Of a stretch of DNA of 64,000 nt, positions 7,742 to 15,885 are shown piece after piece (position 1 is the stretch's first letter; every line of letters starts with the position of its first letter). The DNA lies in NCBI GenBank assembly GCA_021736945.1, contig JAIPEX010000001.1, forward strand, positions 4,864-68,863, read 5' to 3'. Below the pieces are notes generated by a model that saw nothing but the letters and a program-made list of their open reading frames with translations, was not told where the DNA came from and searched no databases. Both the position numbers and the translations under genes were made by a program. This stretch comes from Halanaerobiales bacterium (GTDB lineage: Bacteria; Bacillota; Halanaerobiia; Halanaerobiales; M55B127).

Positions 7742-9663
7742 TCGATATATTTTTCCCATTCTTCATATAATTCCTCTAATTCTTTTTTTAACTCCTGATG
7801 TTCAAATTTTAATTTTTTTAACTTTTTATAGTCATCAATATTTTCTGGATCTGTCATTTTTTGTTCTAAAGTTTTAACTTTTTGCTCTTTATCTTCAATT
7901 TTATTTTCTATTTTATTTAAAGATCTTTTTCTTCTTCTTTCTTTTCTTTCTCTTTCTTTTTGTCTAAAATAATAATTATCTTTTTTTTCATCATTATTAT
8001 TCTCTTCATCATTAGCTTCTTCTATTTTAAACTCTTCTTTCTTTTCTTTATAATAATCATAATCTCCATAATATTTAGTTAGATCATAATTTTTTAATTC
8101 ATAAGTATAGTCAATTATTTTATTGATAAAATATCTATCATGGGATACTACTAATACAGTTCCAGGGTAGTCTTTTAATACATCCTCTAATACCTCTCTT
8201 GAAGGTAAATCCAAATGATTTGTAGGTTCATCTAATACTAAAAAATTATAATTTCCATTCATTAATTCTAAAAGTCTTAATCTACTTTTTTCACCACCAC
8301 TTAAATCTTTAACCTTTTTAAAAACCTCTTGCTCTGTAAAAAGAAAAGCTCCAAGTGCATTACGTGCTTCGCTAATTTTCATTGAACAACTTTTAACTAA
8401 AGCAGTGATTAAATCATCTTCTGGATCAAATTTTTCAATCTCTTGTCTGTAATATCCCATTTTAACACTGGCTCCCAATTCTACATCCCCTTTATCAGGG
8501 TTTAGGTCACCATTTATTATATCTAATAATGTAGTCTTACCTGAACCATTAGCACCAATTATAGCTGCTTTATCTTGCCAATATAGGTTTAAATCAAGTC
8601 CATTAAGTAAAGTTTCATTATCAAAGCTTTTATTGATATTATTTACTTTTAAAACTTCATCCCCGCTTCTTTTGTCAATCTCTAAATCCAAATTCATTTT
8701 TTTACCATATAAAGAAGGTTTCTCCATCTCATCTATTCGTTCTAAACGTTTTTCCATAGCTTTCGCTCTTTTAAACATCTTTTCGCTATCTCTGGAACGA
8801 CCCCAAACTCGGAGTTGATGTATAGATTCTTCTAATTTTTTTATTTTTTTCTGTTGGTTTTTGTACTCTCTCATTCTTTGTTCAAATCTTCTTTTTCTTT
8901 CTTCTAAGTAGTAACTATAATTACCATAATATTTTTCATCACTACCATTTTTAATTTCAACAATTCTTTCGATTACTTGATCTAAAAAATATCTATCATG
9001 AGAGATAATAATAACTGCACCTGTATATTTTTTCAAATATTCTTCTAGCCACTGGATAGATTCAATATCAAGGTGATTTGTGGGCTCATCTAGTAATAAA
9101 AGATCTGGTTCTTTTAATAATAATTTGATTAAACCAACCCTGGATTTTTCCCCACCACTTAAAAATGAAATTTTTTTATTAAGCTCTTCACCTTCAAAAC
9201 CAAGTCCTGAGGCTACTTGCACTATTTTGTTTTCATATTCATATCCACCATTAATTTCATACTCATGGCTTAAATTACTATATTCTTCCATCAGATTTTC
9301 TAGTTTTTCATGATTTTTATTTTCCTTATTAAAAGTACTAATCTTATTTTCCAAATCTTTTAACTTCTTTTCTATTTCTCGAAGATCATCAAAAACAGTT
9401 AAAAGCTCCTCATATATGGTATTATTCAAAGTAAACTCAGGGATTTGATCTAATAATCCTACACTAATATCATTTCTTAGAGAAAGATTTCCTTCTTGGA
9501 AATTTTCTTGTCCGGCAATAATTTTGAAAAGAGTAGTTTTACCAGATCCATTTGAACCAATTAAAGCTACTTTTTCACCTTTATTTACTGACATTGAAAA
9601 GTTTTCTAATATTTGATGTGTGCTATAAGATTTTGATATTGAATCTAAATTAACTACGACCAT
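7738..9663 (-). CDS. ABC-F family ATPase (two ABC domains, no transmembrane domain; translation-factor type)
   Basis: 641 aa. It has two Walker A motifs (GSNGSGKTT, GANGSGKTT), two LSGGEK signatures, two LLLDEPTNHLD/LVLDEPTNHLD Walker B motifs, and a basic/coiled-coil C-terminal tail. Confidence 0.9.
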   Translation of the reverse strand: MVVVNLDSISKSYSTHQILENFSMSVNKGEKVALIGSNGSGKTTLFKIIAGQENFQEGNLSLRNDISVGLLDQIPEFTLNNTIYEELLTVFDDLREIEKKLKDLENKISTFNKENKNHEKLENLMEEYSNLSHEYEINGGYEYENKIVQVASGLGFEGEELNKKISFLSGGEKSRVGLIKLLLKEPDLLLLDEPTNHLDIESIQWLEEYLKKYTGAVIIISHDRYFLDQVIERIVEIKNGSDEKYYGNYSYYLEERKRRFEQRMREYKNQQKKIKKLEESIHQLRVWGRSRDSEKMFKRAKAMEKRLERIDEMEKPSLYGKKMNLDLEIDKRSGDEVLKVNNINKSFDNETLLNGLDLNLYWQDKAAIIGANGSGKTTLLDIINGDLNPDKGDVELGASVKMGYYRQEIEKFDPEDDLITALVKSCSMKISEARNALGAFLFTEQEVFKKVKDLSGGEKSRLRLLELMNGNYNFLVLDEPTNHLDLPSREVLEDVLKDYPGTVLVVSHDRYFINKIIDYTYELKNYDLTKYYGDYDYYKEKKEEFKIEEANDEENNNDEKKDNYYFRQKERERKERRRKRSLNKIENKIEDKEQKVKTLEQKMTDPENIDDYKKLKKLKFEHQELKKELEELYEEWEKYID

Positions 9664-9675
9664 AGTTATCCTCCA

Positions 9676-10926
9676 CTACCAGTGTTTTATTGTTTCAAAA
9701 TCAACTCTATCTAGAAATTCTTTTATTAAATCTTGATAAGCCCCTTCAACTATAATATGATGATTTCCAATAGGCTCTGTTAAAAAGTAATTAATATCAT
9801 CTTTTTTGAAATCAACTAATATTTGGGTTCTACATGCAAATTCACTATTTAAGTTGTTAATAAGTTTAGCATCTTTATATACAACATGATTTAATCCCGG
9901 GCCACCTAACTTAAATAAAGTAATATCACCTTTATTCAATTCTCCCTGGATTCCAACTCCTATTCCAGTTTCAAAATGGGATCTAATTATATAATCATTA
10001 ACTGAATTGGTAGCAATAGTACAATGAGCAAATTTCACTTTGTTTTTATTTGTGTTTAATGAAACAGGATTTGCCATAAATGGAATCTTATCTGTTAAAT
10101 AATTGATTACCATCATAGATACTGTTGCTGGAACATCTCCTTCACAACCAGCCACAATACCCTCATTGTTTAATAGCGATAAAGCTAAGCAACCAGTTGT
10201 ACCTAATTCGGTCACCAAGTCAAAACATCGAATTGTTAATGCATTTATTTCATATTTTTTTACAATTTCTTTTAAAGCATAATAAACTTTTGACGCTTTA
10301 ATCAAATCTTTTTTGGTTGGTTCTTTAATAGATACAGCCTCTCTTGAAAACTCATCAGTAAGTTTTTCAGCCTGTTCGTCCTTAATTTCATTGTACTCAT
10401 TAATTACATCTTGCATGGGTATATCAACCACATCTATACCCCATTTTTCTTTAACGCTTTTTTTATTAATATGGCTATCAATTAGCCAATCTGAAGGCTC
10501 ACCTATTACTCCTAATTTACTATTGCTAATTTTATCTATTGTTTTATTTACAGTAACTATATTTTTTAATTTATTAGATATTTCAACAGGCTTTCCATGA
10601 AGTATTCTTCCATCTCTTCCTTGAGATTGAATCCAGCTTAAAATTTCCATAGAAGCAGCTAAAGAGTTGTGTAAAGAAGTTGCTATTAAAATAGTAGGAC
10701 CTTCTAAATTATCAAATATATCCTTAAATAAATTTTCAGTTCCACCGGTTTTTACAAAAATGGTAATTAAATCATATTCTTTCTTTTTATCAGAATTTAA
10801 AACCTCTTTATCAATCTCTTCAATATTTATCTCCTTGGAAAGATCTTTCACAAATTGTTCAAGAGTTTGTGAAATGGAATCTTCATCATGAATTGGTGAA
10901 AATAGTGAATACATCCCAATCTTCAT
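9676..10926 (-). CDS. L-fucose/L-arabinose isomerase-like family protein, function unknown
   Basis: 416 aa. It has a GCEGDVPATVSMM motif plus later His residues (FAHCTIA, GNHHIIVEG), as in FucI/AraA-type metal sites. The assignment is by motif recollection only. Confidence 0.55.
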   Translation of the reverse strand: MKIGMYSLFSPIHDEDSISQTLEQFVKDLSKEINIEEIDKEVLNSDKKKEYDLITIFVKTGGTENLFKDIFDNLEGPTILIATSLHNSLAASMEILSWIQSQGRDGRILHGKPVEISNKLKNIVTVNKTIDKISNSKLGVIGEPSDWLIDSHINKKSVKEKWGIDVVDIPMQDVINEYNEIKDEQAEKLTDEFSREAVSIKEPTKKDLIKASKVYYALKEIVKKYEINALTIRCFDLVTELGTTGCLALSLLNNEGIVAGCEGDVPATVSMMVINYLTDKIPFMANPVSLNTNKNKVKFAHCTIATNSVNDYIIRSHFETGIGVGIQGELNKGDITLFKLGGPGLNHVVYKDAKLINNLNSEFACRTQILVDFKKDDINYFLTEPIGNHHIIVEGAYQDLIKEFLDRVDFETIKHW

Positions 10927-10958
10927 ATATTATCATCCTCTCAATAAAGTTTAGTGAT

Positions 10959-11249
10959 TTATGGAAGATTATAAATAGGTTCTTCAACATTTTTCCTATA
11001 AATAACAAACACATTTCCTATAACCTGAACTATTTCAGCTCCCATTTTATCACAGACATTTTCTGCAACTTCATTGATATTTTCCAATGAATTATCTAAT
11101 ATTCTTATTTTTACTAACTCGTGGTCATCCAATACTTTATCAATTTGATCATAGACTGATTCATTTAATCCTTCTTTACCAATATGAACATAAGGTTTTA
11201 AATTATTAGCCTTACTTCTTAAATAACTTCGTTGTTTTCCTGATAACAT
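10959..11249 (-). CDS. yhbY: YhbY-type CRM-domain RNA-binding protein (ribosome assembly)
   Basis: 96 aa. LSGKQRSYLRSKANNLKPYVHIGKEGLNESV...HELVKIRIL is typical of YhbY/YqeI. Its position after obg is conserved. Confidence 0.85.
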   Translation of the reverse strand: MLSGKQRSYLRSKANNLKPYVHIGKEGLNESVYDQIDKVLDDHELVKIRILDNSLENINEVAENVCDKMGAEIVQVIGNVFVIYRKNVEEPIYNLP

Positions 11250-11260
11250 ATATATACCTC

Positions 11261-12544
11261 CTACTCCATATATTCAAATTCTATAGGGCCAATTATTACA
11301 GTATCCCCATCTTTAATTCCACTTTTTCTCATTAGCTGATCAAGTTTATGATGTCTTACAATTCTTAATAACCTTTGTACTGACGCATCATTGTTAAAAT
11401 CAGTTTTTTCTACAACTTCATCAATTAATTCTCCAACAACCTCATATTTATCATCAGCTATTTTATTGATTTCCATTTTGTTTTCATCAACAAAATCAGG
11501 TTTGATTAATACATTCTCTTTTGCCTTGACTTCTTTTTCTTTCTCCGGTAGTGTTTCTAATTTTTGTCCAACATGATATTTTAAAGCATCTACACCTTCT
11601 CCAGTAACTGCGGAAATAGGAAAAACTTCAAAACCTCTTTTAGTTAATTCCTCTTTAACTTCTGGTAAGTTATCACGGGCTTCTTTTAAATCCATTTTAT
11701 TTAAAGCAATAATTTGAGGTAAATTTGCTAACTCAGTATCATATTCTCTCAACTCTTTATTAATATTTTCAAAGTCTTGAATAGGATCTCTTCCCTCTAT
11801 ACCAGAGACATCTACTACATGGATTAATAGTCTTGTACGTTCTAGATGTTTTAAAAATTCATCACCCAAGCCAACTCCTTCATGGGCTCCTTCGATTAGT
11901 CCGGGAATATCAGCCATAACATATGATTTATATTCACCGTAAGAAACAACCCCTAAATTTGGTTCAAGGGTTGTAAAATGATAAGAATCAATTTCAGGTT
12001 TAGCTGCTGATACTTTTGATATTAAAGTAGATTTACCAACATTAGGATAGCCAACAAGTCCAACATCAGCTAGCAACTGTAATTCTAGGCGAATCTTATA
12101 TGTTTCGCCTTTTTCTCCTTCTTCAGAAAATTTAGGGGCTTTACGAGTAGATTTTTTAAATCTCGCATTACCTCTACCTCCTTTTCCACCTTTAGCTACA
12201 ATATATTCTTCTCCATCGTCTTTTAAATCTGCTAATATTTCATTTGTGTCATCATCATAAACTAAAGTCCCGGGAGGTACTTTTAAATAAAGATCTTTTC
12301 CATCTTTACCACGCTGATTTTTTCCACGTCCATGAGAACCTTTCTCAGCTTTATAGAAATTTTTATATTGAAAATCAGCCAAGGTATTTAAACCTTCATC
12401 AACTCTCAGTATTACATCTCCACCATGGCCTCCATCGCCGCCATCAGGACCGCCCATAGCTTCAAATTTTTCTCTTCTAAAACTTACAACACCATTACCT
12501 CCATCACCGCTCTTTACTTTGAATACTACTTCATCTACAAACAA
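11261..12544 (-). CDS. obg: GTPase Obg/CgtA
   Basis: 427 aa. It has the Gly-rich Obg fold (KSGDGGNGVVSFRREKF), the G domain (GYPNVGKSTL, DIPGLIEGA, NKMD) and a C-terminal OCT domain. The start is TTG with RBS AGGTGAG. Confidence 0.95.
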   Translation of the reverse strand: MFVDEVVFKVKSGDGGNGVVSFRREKFEAMGGPDGGDGGHGGDVILRVDEGLNTLADFQYKNFYKAEKGSHGRGKNQRGKDGKDLYLKVPPGTLVYDDDTNEILADLKDDGEEYIVAKGGKGGRGNARFKKSTRKAPKFSEEGEKGETYKIRLELQLLADVGLVGYPNVGKSTLISKVSAAKPEIDSYHFTTLEPNLGVVSYGEYKSYVMADIPGLIEGAHEGVGLGDEFLKHLERTRLLIHVVDVSGIEGRDPIQDFENINKELREYDTELANLPQIIALNKMDLKEARDNLPEVKEELTKRGFEVFPISAVTGEGVDALKYHVGQKLETLPEKEKEVKAKENVLIKPDFVDENKMEINKIADDKYEVVGELIDEVVEKTDFNNDASVQRLLRIVRHHKLDQLMRKSGIKDGDTVIIGPIEFEYME

Positions 12545-12571
12545 TTATCTCACCTACCTTATATCTTAATA

Positions 12572-12603
12572 CAATAAAACCCTCAGCACAAAAGTACTGA
12601 GGG
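12572..12603 (-). terminator. rho-independent terminator after rpmA
   Basis: The minus strand reads CCCTCAG-TACTTTTGTG-CTGAGGG followed by TTTTATTG. It lies between the rpmA stop and the obg start. Confidence 0.6.
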
Positions 12604-12625
12604 ATTTTTTTAAAAATTAATTTGA

Positions 12626-12904
12626 TTAACTTATTAATGCATCCACCTGATCTTCAGTATATACACTAATTTGACGAGATTTTCTACCTTTTCTTTCGAA
12701 TTTTACAAACCCATCTACTTTAGAAAAGAGGGTATCATCTTTACCTCTTCCTACATTTAAACCGGGTTTGAATTTAGTTCCCCTCTGACGAACTAAAATA
12801 CTTCCTGCAGGAACAAATTCCCCGTCAAACTCTTTTACTCCTAGTCGTTTCGATATGCTATCTCTACCATTCTTAGAACTTCCAACACCTTTCTTTTGAG
12901 ACAT
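12626..12904 (-). CDS. rpmA: 50S ribosomal protein L27
   Basis: 92 aa. It begins [16 protein letters not shown], with no N-terminal propeptide. Confidence 0.95.
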   Translation of the reverse strand: MSQKKGVGSSKNGRDSISKRLGVKEFDGEFVPAGSILVRQRGTKFKPGLNVGRGKDDTLFSKVDGFVKFERKGRKSRQISVYTEDQVDALIS

Positions 12905-12949
12905 TAAACTCCCCCCCTTCAGTATGTTGAATTTTATTCTTTATAAAAA

Positions 12950-13261
12950 TTAAACTTCAATATTTTCAATTAAAACTTTAGTGTACGGTTGACGGTGGCC
13001 AGTTTTCTTAGAATAACGCCTTTTGGGCTTATACTTTAAAACGACAACCTTTTTATCTTTACCTTGTTCAAGAACTTTACCGGTTACCTTCGCATTCTCA
13101 ATATACGGTCTTCCGAATTTATATCCTTCTTCATCTGAATACTGTAAAACCTTATCAAATGTAACTTCATCTTCAGCTTCAGCATCCAACTTTTCAACTT
13201 TTAGAATTTGTCCTTCTTTAACTTTATATTGTTTTCCACCGGTTTTAATTATTGCATACAT
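12950..13261 (-). CDS. rplU: 50S ribosomal protein L21
   Basis: 103 aa, beginning MYAIIKTGGKQYKV. Confidence 0.95.
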   Translation of the reverse strand: MYAIIKTGGKQYKVKEGQILKVEKLDAEAEDEVTFDKVLQYSDEEGYKFGRPYIENAKVTGKVLEQGKDKKVVVLKYKPKRRYSKKTGHRQPYTKVLIENIEV

Positions 13262-13385
13262 TACTATATTACACCTCCTTTACCTCAGACTCGCCGAAAA
13301 TTAGGCAGCCTTTTAAAAGACATTTTAAAGCCCATTTCGTGCGGTTTTGGTAAATTACCTCATTAAAAGGTATACACATTACCGA
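13262..13385 (-). promoter_or_regulatory. ~125-nt rplU 5' leader (possible L21-leader-type regulatory RNA)
   Basis: A long untranslated leader lies between the predicted promoter and the rplU RBS (AAAGGAGG). The position matches the Rfam L21_leader known in low-GC Gram-positives. I could not confirm the consensus or structure by eye. Confidence 0.25.
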
Positions 13386-13391
13386 CAATTT

Positions 13392-13420
13392 ATTTTAGCA
13401 CAGTTTTACCTTATAGTCAA
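13392..13420 (-). promoter_or_regulatory. sigma-70-type promoter candidate for rplU-rpmA
   Basis: The minus strand reads TTGACT - 17 nt - TAAAAT, with an extended -10 TG (TGCTAAAAT). Confidence 0.5.
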
Positions 13421-13489
13421 GCCTATTACAGGTTTAATCATTATTTTAGTTATTGATTTAAACTAAATATAAAAGTAATAAATAAACTA

Positions 13490-15175
13490 TTATACTAATT
13501 TAGCTTTGGCAAAAGTACGATGTACTTCCCTAATTTCCACTTCCACGGTTTCTTCTTTTAAATGTCCACCATTTTTTACAATGATAATATAACCTTTTAT
13601 TCTTGCAATACCATCATCTTCATTATGCAAATGAGTATCTTCAATATAAACTTCGTATTTTTCTCCCTCATTTACCGGTAATGCCATTCTTTTTAAATCT
13701 TTTTTGGTTCCTTTACTTATAATTTCATAATTTTCAATATGATATTCATTGTTTCCTCTAATATATATATCCATATCCAATTCTTCTTCTAACTCAGCAA
13801 GTTTATCTCCACCTGCTCCAATCAAAACTGAAGCTACGTCTGGATGTAATTCAATTAATATTGCAGCTACATTTTCTTCATTTGAAATACTTTTTAATTC
13901 TCTTATTATATCCATAGCCATTGTAGTTTCAGATCTTACTAAACCAGTTCCTTTACAATAAGGACAATCTTTTTGGAATAATTCTCCTAATTCTTCTCTA
14001 ACTTTTTTTCTAGTAATTTCAACTAAACCCAATTGGGTTAAACCTAACATTGCAGTTTTAGTTCTATCCTTAGCCAATTCTTCTTCTAAAACTCTTAAAA
14101 CTTCTTTTTTGTTTTGCTCAATTGACATATCTATAAAATCTATTATAATGATCCCGCCAATATCTCTTAATCTTAATTGTCGTGCAATTTCTACAGCTGC
14201 CTCAACATTTGTTTTAAAAACAGTGTCTTGTAAATTCTTTTTACCAGTGAATTTACCTGTATTCACATCAATAGATACCAAGGCCTCTGTATTATCAATT
14301 ATTACATAGCCACCAGACTCTAACCAAACTTTTCTTTTCCATAATTTTTCTATTTCATTTTCAACTTGATACGTATCAAATATTGGAGTAGTTCTTTTAT
14401 AAAGTTGTATTTTATGTTCTGAACCTGGAACGCTTTTTTCAGCCAACTGATTTAACTTCTCATACTCTTCTTCATCATCTATTACAATTTTGTTTACTTC
14501 CGGACTTAAATAATCTCTAACAATTTGTTTAATTAACTCAGCATCTTTATAAATTAAAGATGGAGTATCAGCTTTTTTGTAATCTTTCCAGATATTATTC
14601 CATAAATGGAGTAAAAAATTAAAGTCGTTTTCTATAATTTTTTTGGGCTTACCTTCTGTATTTGTTCTTACAATTACACCATATTTATCTTTTATTAATT
14701 CTTCAGCTATATCTTTTAGTCTATTTCTTTCTTTGTTATTATTAATCCTTCTAGAAATACCTGTCCTATTCTCAAAGGGCATTAGTACAAGGTATCTACC
14801 TGGTAAAGTAACTTTACATGTAACTTTGGGCCCTTTGGTTCCTATAGGTTCTTTGACCACTTGAACCATAATTTTTTGTCCGGGTTGTATAACTTCTTTA
14901 ATAGATAATTCATTTTTACGCCATTTTTTTTCTTGTTTATTACTTAATAAAGGATAAACATCACTAATGTGTAAAAATGCATTTTTTTCAAGCCCAATAT
15001 CTACAAAACCTGCCTGCATCCCGGGCAAAACATCCTTTACTCTTCCTTTATATATGTTGTAAACGATTTGATCATAAGTATCCCTTTCAAACATGATGTC
15101 AATTAAATTATTGTTTTCCTTTATTGCTGCTCTTTTTTCTCTTATACACGAATTTATAATTATTTGTCTACTCAA
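13490..15175 (-). CDS. rng: ribonuclease G/E family (Rne/Rng) with a C-terminal TRAM-like domain
   Basis: 561 aa. It has an S1 domain (YKGRVKDVLPGMQAGFVDIG), a catalytic core (VSIDVNTGKF, IIIIDFIDM) and a Zn-link (CPYCKGTG). The last ~60 aa (DDGIARIKGYIIIVKNGGHLKEETVEVEIREVHRTFAKAKLV) resemble TRAM. The start is TTG. Confidence 0.85.
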   Translation of the reverse strand: MSRQIIINSCIREKRAAIKENNNLIDIMFERDTYDQIVYNIYKGRVKDVLPGMQAGFVDIGLEKNAFLHISDVYPLLSNKQEKKWRKNELSIKEVIQPGQKIMVQVVKEPIGTKGPKVTCKVTLPGRYLVLMPFENRTGISRRINNNKERNRLKDIAEELIKDKYGVIVRTNTEGKPKKIIENDFNFLLHLWNNIWKDYKKADTPSLIYKDAELIKQIVRDYLSPEVNKIVIDDEEEYEKLNQLAEKSVPGSEHKIQLYKRTTPIFDTYQVENEIEKLWKRKVWLESGGYVIIDNTEALVSIDVNTGKFTGKKNLQDTVFKTNVEAAVEIARQLRLRDIGGIIIIDFIDMSIEQNKKEVLRVLEEELAKDRTKTAMLGLTQLGLVEITRKKVREELGELFQKDCPYCKGTGLVRSETTMAMDIIRELKSISNEENVAAILIELHPDVASVLIGAGGDKLAELEEELDMDIYIRGNNEYHIENYEIISKGTKKDLKRMALPVNEGEKYEVYIEDTHLHNEDDGIARIKGYIIIVKNGGHLKEETVEVEIREVHRTFAKAKLV

Positions 15176-15885
15176 TCCTCAATCACCTCTTTTTTTAACA
15201 CTTCCTTATGTATAGGTTTAAACAACTTACCTTCTTTTCTTACATATAAACCAAGTCTTTTAATATTCACCAGGGGAATATCTCTTACCTTCCCATCAGT
15301 TTCTAACTTTAATGCCCTGACCACTTCTTGTGGTCTTACATTTCCACTACTTCCTGTACTAATAGTAAATTCCCAAATATTATCTTTTACAACTTTCCCA
15401 TTATAAATCATAGGAGCTAAATCAATCAATCTATCATCTTTTTTTCTCCTATAACGAGTAATTTCCATTTCATCTTTATCTAAAAATTCAGAAATGATTT
15501 TTTCAGCATTAATATCATCATTCTCTAAAGACATTTCATATTCATACCTGGCAGTGTTCACTATTGCCTGCAGAGATTTATCATCATCACTAATTTCAAC
15601 TATCTCAAAAACCTTTATTCCTTCTGGTAAAAATTTATTTATTTCATTTTTTAATAGATTAAATGATATTTTTTCTTTTAATTCTAAATCAAAATATTCA
15701 CTATAGCCTATCATTCCTACTGGTAATGGTTGTGACATTGAAAATATTATATGAGGATTATAACCTTGGGTATATTTAACAGGCAATTTAGCCCTACGAA
15801 AAGTTCTTCTAAAAGTATTCATTAATTCTAGATGAGATATATATTTAAGTTCATCTCTTTTTTCATATTCAGCTCTAATTAACAT
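15172..15885 (-). CDS. radical-SAM-linked protein (TIGR03936/DUF2344 family)
   Basis: The track ORF is 242 aa from TTG at 15900. I prefer the ATG at 15885 (RBS GGGGA). LKYISHLELMNTFRRTFRRAKLPV...GYNPH is typical of this family. It overlaps the upstream radical-SAM gene end and the rng start. Confidence 0.7.
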   Translation of the reverse strand: MLIRAEYEKRDELKYISHLELMNTFRRTFRRAKLPVKYTQGYNPHIIFSMSQPLPVGMIGYSEYFDLELKEKISFNLLKNEINKFLPEGIKVFEIVEISDDDKSLQAIVNTARYEYEMSLENDDINAEKIISEFLDKDEMEITRYRRKKDDRLIDLAPMIYNGKVVKDNIWEFTISTGSSGNVRPQEVVRALKLETDGKVRDIPLVNIKRLGLYVRKEGKLFKPIHKEVLKKEVIED

